From the IMG/VR virus record IMGVR_UViG_3300044477_000065, positions 1 to 29,423 of that record: a stretch of DNA of 29,423 nt; one strand, given 5' to 3'. The position numbers were made by a program, and so were the translations under genes. The first letter of the stretch is position 1; each line of letters opens with the position of its first letter. The notes under the pieces were generated by a model. That model saw nothing but the letters and a program-made list of their open reading frames with translations, did not search any database and had not been told where the DNA came from. Positions 23,768-29,423 of this stretch are shown one piece after another. The DNA is from a virus (taxonomy: Duplodnaviria > Caudoviricetes).

Positions 23768-26494
23768 CTAGACAGGTTTTCCGTTCTCATCCCACACGTC
23801 CTTTTCAAGCATCTTCATGGGTTTGATTCCTTGCTTTTCAAGAATATCCTTTGTTTCCGAATGGGCATTGATGAATACATACCCATCGGGACCCTTAAAG
23901 AAAAACGGCATTTCCTCCGCGCCCTCATAATGCCGATAAAAGTCCGGATTCTTTCTTGCTTTTTCTCCCCAATCCTTGTGCCGAATCCATGCGGAAGGAA
24001 ACGTCTCGGTGTTCTCGACGGCTTCGGCGGGCGTTTTGTACCACTTCATTGAAAGGATTTTACTCGCTTCCTCTTCAGCTTCCGCCTTCTTTTTGTCCAT
24101 CCGTATCTGTTGTTCAAGCAACTTTACGGCGTTTGTCCGGACGCTTTGTTCAGATATTCCAAGAGCGACAGCGGCAGACTCAGCGGACAGCGTTTCCTCT
24201 TCGCCATCTGTTCGTTCGATGATAAACCTATGAACGAATTTCCGTCCCGTCATTCTGCTTACGTCGGCTTGGCTCCAGTCGGAATAACGGAATATCTTAT
24301 CCTCACCACGCTTATCGACTCCAGCAACTTCGTAATGAGGCCAGTTATACCCGAGCAGCTTTGCGCCGGTCTTTCCTGTATACGGGCGGTCGAACATGAC
24401 ATCATGCCTTGTGCGATCCAGCGTTGCGTCGGTGTTCTTTCCAGACATACGGCCCTTTTCTTTTTCATGGGCTTCTTTCTGGTTGATCTTTTTAGGAGCT
24501 GATTCGATACTTCTCTTCGGCTCTTTCGGCTCTTTCGGCTCCGCGTCGAAGTCGAGCCCGCCTTGCGCCGGTCCGGATTCACCTGGAAGAATCCATACCG
24601 TCGTTTGGAATGTCCTTCCGTCCCGCATAACCATGCGCTTCTCAGGAACGAGCTTCGGGCTCTTCCTGGCTTTCTGGAGAACGGAAACGACGCAACGAAC
24701 CGCCTTGACTATCTTTCCGTCATCAGTATACTTTTCCTTGGACGGTTCACCTGTCAAAGCACCCGGATACTGTTTCCGGCCTACACTGGGCAGTAAGCCG
24801 TCCAACCTTTCTTTATCCGATTCAATCACCCTATCCTTCTGGTTTTCCATGAACGTCGCGAAATTGTTCCGCCCGTACATCGACGTGATTATGTTCGCGT
24901 CGCGGCCATAGAAGTTACCCTTCGGGATGATCGCGCAGATAACCGGCCTCCCCTCATTGTCAAGAACATCCGTGACGACAACAAGGCGATTGTCCTCGGT
25001 TGCGGAATGAAGCACCGCCACGGGATTCTTCATGGCCTCCTGGACGGCAAGCACCTGTTCCTTGGTCATATCGTGTTTTTCGTCCATAACCTTTCGGAGA
25101 GCGCCGGAATACATCTTGAATGGGAGACTTGCGGGAACGCCGTGCTTTTCAAGCGCCTCGGGAACCTTTCCGAAGTTGATCCCGTAAATCTGTCTTTCCC
25201 GCGCGTCGATCTCGCGCGAAAGAACCGTAACATCGGTTTCCGCCTTGCTATGCGTTACCGGCGCTTTCGGCTTTTTCACGACGTAGCGTATCTTCTTCTT
25301 TTCGGTGCTTCCGGGAGCGTCTTTATCCGGATTGACGTGCGTGGTTGTCTGGAACGTGGAGCCCTTGCGCGTGACGATGATCTTCCGTGTGACGAGATGG
25401 TTTTTTCCATCATCAGATTTCACCATGTAAGGATCAACAACGACAATGCTTCGCGCAAACACAAGCGCCGTCGTCGGGACGCGAAACATACGTCCAGCCG
25501 CATCCATCACGCGGGCAAAGTCGTCGCCCATCTCCTTCACGACACCGACAATTCCGCGCCCGACCGATCCACGATGATCGGTTTTGATCTGCACCTTGTC
25601 GCCGATTGAAACGCCGCGCTCGGCAGACTTGTGCTCGCGAACCTTCTCCTCGAACATCCGGGCTTTCTCGGGATCGTTCGTGATCTTGGTTTCGTCCATG
25701 TAATAGAATCCATCGGGGCGCTTCTGAAGACGGAAATTCCTGATCTCGTCCTCGGTGTAGAAGTACTTGTTTCCGACTTTCTTTATGTACTTGTGGTTTT
25801 GCCACTCATGCGACTTCTTGAGCCCCTGACGCTTCGCCTCATCGATGGCTTCCTTCTCATCGACAAGACCGGCAACGAGGAGCTTCTTGTAATAGTCCGG
25901 ACGCTCCGCGAGGTGATCCATTGCGATTTTCTTCGCCTCCTCGGGATCGTCGGTATGTTCCATCTCGACCTTGATACCGACGGCAAGCTCTTCGGGATAC
26001 CGTCTGGCAATGAGTTTATCCATGCGGGACTTCTTGATAACGAGTTTCTTCCCGTGGTTTTTCTTGTCGAGCGCGTGCTCCTTGAATGTATCGATATCGG
26101 TCTCGTCCATCTCGCCGAAAAAGCCAGGACGGTCGTATTGTTTCAGGTACGCGGCTTTCGCTTCTTCCGGAGTTGAGAAAAGCAACATGACCTTATCCTC
26201 GTCGTAGTTTCCGGTGACGGGATCGTTTTGGTGAATGATGAATACGCGACGGGATTCAGGATCGGGCCCGAGGTAGCAATCAAGATGGTCTTTGTCTTTA
26301 CCAACCGTTCCACGAATATACCCGTAACTGAAGTGCATCTTTGTCGCCCATTCGTGCCCGTCTTTATCGACACCGCGCCGAACGGAACCCTTTCTGTTTT
26401 CGATGGAAACGTCCATGCCGTGAACCTTCTTGCGGCCTTGGAGCTTCCATCCGGAAAAGGTAAGAGACTTCATCACAATCACTTTTATCGACAT
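23768..26494 (-). CDS. Large polyvalent-type protein: phage inorganic pyrophosphatase (InPase) domain, DUF5661-like, KOW/SH3-like, MuF-C-terminal (RNase-fold) domain
   Basis: ISIEN-type SIENRKGSVRRGVD..W..KM..YGYIRGTVGKDKDHLDCYLG..DEDKVML is InPase. GIKVEMEHTDD..IAMDHLAE.PDYY is DUF5661-like. FGKVPEAL..KH..NPVAVLHS..LVVVT..GRPVICAI..ITSMYGR is MuF-C. ATG at 26494 follows the MuF stop, with a GGGGTAGG RBS. Confidence 0.82.
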   Translation of the reverse strand: MSIKVIVMKSLTFSGWKLQGRKKVHGMDVSIENRKGSVRRGVDKDGHEWATKMHFSYGYIRGTVGKDKDHLDCYLGPDPESRRVFIIHQNDPVTGNYDEDKVMLLFSTPEEAKAAYLKQYDRPGFFGEMDETDIDTFKEHALDKKNHGKKLVIKKSRMDKLIARRYPEELAVGIKVEMEHTDDPEEAKKIAMDHLAERPDYYKKLLVAGLVDEKEAIDEAKRQGLKKSHEWQNHKYIKKVGNKYFYTEDEIRNFRLQKRPDGFYYMDETKITNDPEKARMFEEKVREHKSAERGVSIGDKVQIKTDHRGSVGRGIVGVVKEMGDDFARVMDAAGRMFRVPTTALVFARSIVVVDPYMVKSDDGKNHLVTRKIIVTRKGSTFQTTTHVNPDKDAPGSTEKKKIRYVVKKPKAPVTHSKAETDVTVLSREIDARERQIYGINFGKVPEALEKHGVPASLPFKMYSGALRKVMDEKHDMTKEQVLAVQEAMKNPVAVLHSATEDNRLVVVTDVLDNEGRPVICAIIPKGNFYGRDANIITSMYGRNNFATFMENQKDRVIESDKERLDGLLPSVGRKQYPGALTGEPSKEKYTDDGKIVKAVRCVVSVLQKARKSPKLVPEKRMVMRDGRTFQTTVWILPGESGPAQGGLDFDAEPKEPKEPKRSIESAPKKINQKEAHEKEKGRMSGKNTDATLDRTRHDVMFDRPYTGKTGAKLLGYNWPHYEVAGVDKRGEDKIFRYSDWSQADVSRMTGRKFVHRFIIERTDGEEETLSAESAAVALGISEQSVRTNAVKLLEQQIRMDKKKAEAEEEASKILSMKWYKTPAEAVENTETFPSAWIRHKDWGEKARKNPDFYRHYEGAEEMPFFFKGPDGYVFINAHSETKDILEKQGIKPMKMLEKDVWDENGKPV

Positions 26495-26496
26495 AC

Positions 26497-27669
26497 CTAC
26501 CCCTTTTGTGGCGGGAACCACCGCTCCCATGAGCCCCTACACCACGGATGAACAGGACCAGCGGGAACCCAGTAATCCTTAGCCTTGCGGCCGATATTGG
26601 TTTTCCCTTCCCATATCGCAACCTTCGCGTGCTTGTCGTTTATCTCTTCGGTTGACATCGGCGTGTCCGACCAACGCACAACCATTCCGCGAATTTTCTC
26701 ACAAAACTTGCACACAAAGTCGTCACGCATCTCAACGCGGCGAAAGTATATCACCTCTCCAGGCTCCGATTCGGCAACGGTCTCCTTCAGGAATGCCGTA
26801 TTCGAGGCTTGAACGATCTCGGTATCAGCGATTTTCTCCCAGTCTCGATTCAGGTCTCCCATGCGATTGAAAAGGTCTTGGGAGATTTCCTTTCGGCTCT
26901 TCCGCTCCATGACGCCGCCGATGATCGTTTCACGTACCTCGTATACGATATCGTTCGTCATGCGCGTGATCTTGTTTCCCATCGACTGCTCGGCGATATC
27001 GACGAATTCACGCACCCCGCGATAGTGCGCGTTCATGCGGTCGCGCTCTTCCGTGGTGAGCTTCCCCATCTTCCGGTCGATCCACGAAAGGTTATCCGCA
27101 ATCCAATCGACAGGCTTTTCATTGAGCTTCACCTCGGGAAACTTGAGCTTGCGTATCTCCTCGGGGTTTGCATTCTGGAGCTTCCGCGCGAGAACGCGCC
27201 CGAGAGTAACGGAGTTCAGCACGATCTTTTTCGCTGCCGGATCGAGACGCTTGTTGAGAAACTTCTCAAGCGCCTTGATGATTTTCTCGAATTCGTCGCG
27301 ATATATTGCTTTTCCCGTCTCGGGATTGAATACGATCCTTCCGCGATAAAAGATCGCCTCCGATGCAGGGCGTCCCGTCCAGTCGTCATCGGGGATCGCC
27401 TTTGTGAAGGCCGTCATCGCCGGGAGTTCAAGGAGCTTCGTCAGCTCAAGGTATACGTTATCGAGCGTTGCGGCGACGTAATAGTTCCACTTCTTGACGA
27501 GATCGCCTTGTGACTGATAGACGTACTTTTCGCCCGACTCGCGATCTTTCGGCTTGACCGTGTACGGGATGTACATGGCCTTCGCCAATGACTCGACCGC
27601 CGAGGTGAATTTATCTCGGCGGTTCTCGTCGTTAATATCCTTTACGATCAGGCGAATCTCGTTATTCAT
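26497..27669 (-). CDS. MuF/SPP1 gp7-like minor head (head morphogenesis) protein
   Basis: 390 aa; RDWEKIADTE, VCKFCEKI and C-terminal GPVHPWCRGSW (HPxCR) signature. Confidence 0.85.
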   Translation of the reverse strand: MNNEIRLIVKDINDENRRDKFTSAVESLAKAMYIPYTVKPKDRESGEKYVYQSQGDLVKKWNYYVAATLDNVYLELTKLLELPAMTAFTKAIPDDDWTGRPASEAIFYRGRIVFNPETGKAIYRDEFEKIIKALEKFLNKRLDPAAKKIVLNSVTLGRVLARKLQNANPEEIRKLKFPEVKLNEKPVDWIADNLSWIDRKMGKLTTEERDRMNAHYRGVREFVDIAEQSMGNKITRMTNDIVYEVRETIIGGVMERKSRKEISQDLFNRMGDLNRDWEKIADTEIVQASNTAFLKETVAESEPGEVIYFRRVEMRDDFVCKFCEKIRGMVVRWSDTPMSTEEINDKHAKVAIWEGKTNIGRKAKDYWVPAGPVHPWCRGSWERWFPPQKG

Positions 27670-28046
27670 TTCCTCGTGGTCCTTCTTTTCGCGCGTCGCC
27701 CCGCCTTATCCCGTCCAAACCGGCGATCCATGAAGTCGTCGAATCGATCATAGAGCTTAAAGCCGACGAGAACGTAAAGAATGATCGAGCACGAAACATA
27801 GATTACTCCGCGCCAAACGCGGTCAACGACAGGCGATTTGTTGTCGATCATTTCGTAGTAAAAAACGTAAACGGCGACCATCGCAAGAAAAGCGACCACG
27901 TTTCTTCCGCGATTGCTTTTCACGATCTCAAGCATACGCCCGAATAGGTATACCGACCCAAGCGAGATGATGAAGGCAAGGATCGGGAGGACGAAAAAGG
28001 AGGACACGAGGATGATCTGCTCTTTGTAGGTTACAAGGATTTCCAT
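27666..28046 (-). CDS. Small membrane protein (about 3 TM segments, basic C-terminal tail)
   Basis: 126 aa; three hydrophobic stretches; C-terminus GRRAKRRTTRK; GAGG RBS. Confidence 0.75.
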   Translation of the reverse strand: MEILVTYKEQIILVSSFFVLPILAFIISLGSVYLFGRMLEIVKSNRGRNVVAFLAMVAVYVFYYEMIDNKSPVVDRVWRGVIYVSCSIILYVLVGFKLYDRFDDFMDRRFGRDKAGRRAKRRTTRK

Positions 28047-28049
28047 GCC

Positions 28050-29423
28050 TTACCTCATGTTTTGGAACGCCTTGGCGAGTCCATCGCGGAACAGGTCAAA
28101 CGTGGACTTCTTAATCTCCTCGCTTTTCGGGAGTTTTCCTTCTTCCTGAAGCATCCGGATATACTTCTTTTCGTCCGCCGATATAACCTCGTAATGCTCG
28201 CTATCCGATACCCATACGCGGAGTTTTTTGATTGCGCCCTTCTTGCCTTCATCAACCTTTACGATTTTCGGCGCAAGGGTGTCATAAAACTCCTTCGCAG
28301 TTTGAACGCCGTTTTCCGTTCGATACTTCTTTCGGTTCATCGCATCGATAACACCTTTCTTTTGCGACTCGGCCTCTCTCGCCTTGTATTCCTCAAGGCG
28401 ACGATTCACCTCACTACGGTATTCATCCATCTTTTCCTTTCCGACGAACGCTTCAACCGCCTTCTCCTCGCCGTCCTTGCCAGATATGGTCTGACCAGTA
28501 AGATGCTCGAACACGTCGCGCGAAAGTTTGTTGTCCTTGTTTTCAATCGATCCAAGGATTTTCTCGACATTCTTTTTCTCGACCCGTTCCTTCATGGTTT
28601 CAATCACCGAAAGGGCTCGTTCGGGATGATGCTCGGTGAAGTGCTTTTCGGCAACGTCATAAAGACCGATCTCCCTGAGCTTCTTTACCGCCTCATTATC
28701 CTTCGTAACCTGGCCGGTAATCATCTCGTCGTGAACGTCTCGAATAGACATACCACCGGAATACTTCTTCCAGCTCTTTCCATTCGGGCCTTTGTACATA
28801 ATGTAATACAAGCCGCCGTCCTTCTCGACCTTGTACCGCGATCCGGCATCGTTCACGACCGAACCCTCAGCGTCCTTCGCGGCGGCATCGGCCTTCTGTT
28901 TTTTGTGCGATTCCTCGGCACGCTCCAAGGCCGCGAGTGCCATGTGTCGCAACTTGTTTGCGGCGACAATCGGCTCGATGTGTTCTTCTTTCAATCCTGT
29001 AAGGTCGGGATTTTTATTTCTCTCGATCTTATCCTTTATGATTTTTTTGTATTCGGAATATTTAGCGGGCGGCACACTCGATGGATCATTTACGATCCTG
29101 AGAAGCGCGGGGGCCATGTTGTCAATTCTTCCAGCCGTCGCCGCGATGTCATCCGGGGTTGCGATGAGTGAATCAACGCGATCTTGAAAGGTTTTCGACT
29201 CACCCTGCTTTGCTTCAGGCTTGCTCCCTTTTCCCTTCTCGGCGTCAGGATCAAAATACTTTCCCTGAAACCCAGCCGCGTCATCGCCGTATTGCTCACC
29301 GCCCGAGCTATTGTTCAAAAGTCTGCGAATATTGTCACGCTCGCTTTCTCCGGGCTTTCTTTCTGCGGTTTTCTGCTTCTCTTTCTCGTCTCTTATTCGG
29401 CGCTTGAGACCGGAGACGGCGTA
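28050..29423 (-). CDS. Large charged hypothetical protein, C-terminal part (5' end outside the window)
   Basis: The frame of ORF 28050..29318 stays open to base 29423 (YAVSGLKRRIRDEKEK...RLLNNSSGG), so the TTG at 29318 is not the true start. Ends EIKKS..GLAKAFQNMR. Confidence 0.75.
   Translation of the reverse strand, partial: YAVSGLKRRIRDEKEKQKTAERKPGESERDNIRRLLNNSSGGEQYGDDAAGFQGKYFDPDAEKGKGSKPEAKQGESKTFQDRVDSLIATPDDIAATAGRIDNMAPALLRIVNDPSSVPPAKYSEYKKIIKDKIERNKNPDLTGLKEEHIEPIVAANKLRHMALAALERAEESHKKQKADAAAKDAEGSVVNDAGSRYKVEKDGGLYYIMYKGPNGKSWKKYSGGMSIRDVHDEMITGQVTKDNEAVKKLREIGLYDVAEKHFTEHHPERALSVIETMKERVEKKNVEKILGSIENKDNKLSRDVFEHLTGQTISGKDGEEKAVEAFVGKEKMDEYRSEVNRRLEEYKAREAESQKKGVIDAMNRKKYRTENGVQTAKEFYDTLAPKIVKVDEGKKGAIKKLRVWVSDSEHYEVISADEKKYIRMLQEEGKLPKSEEIKKSTFDLFRDGLAKAFQNMR

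Noticed and set aside
18514-29171. Long plus-strand Leu/Phe-rich ORFs (18514..19779, 22904..24052, 28062..29171)
   Set aside because: They are reverse complements of Lys/Glu-rich codons (AAG/GAG read as CTT/CTC), so the apparent hydrophobicity is an artefact.
1-29423. CRISPR arrays, tRNA/rRNA genes, integrase, transposase, reverse transcriptase/DGR repeats, alternative genetic code
   Set aside because: None seen by eye. Standard-code ORFs tile the minus strand almost without gaps, and TAA, TAG and TGA all act as stops.

Overview
This window is a contiguous, all-minus-strand virion morphogenesis region of a large contractile-tailed phage or prophage. Its head, neck and tail proteins resemble the SPO1/Twort/A511 (Herelleviridae-like) type, but the DNA is GC-rich. 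In transcription order (right to left): a truncated hypothetical gene, a small membrane protein, a MuF minor head protein, then a ~12 kb block with three large polyvalent-type proteins (InPase+DUF5661-like+MuF-C; wHTH+HExxH metallopeptidase/LPD1-like; SNF2 helicase). These are followed by a free-standing GIY-YIG homing endonuclease, prohead protease with a nested scaffold, major capsid protein, neck genes, tail sheath, tail tube, a chaperone pair and a truncated tape measure gene. The most interesting signal is a repeated peptide pattern in the head-associated accessory proteins: (hydrophobic)-x-K-[S/A] sites matching the predicted capsid maturation site, followed by a shared basic hairpin tag (L[VI]P..R.V.R.G.TF...VW.LP.[ED]) and QxxLF beta-clamp-like motifs. 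This suggests a capsid-loading, processing and injection system for cargo proteins. All family calls come from motif recognition by eye; no searches were run.
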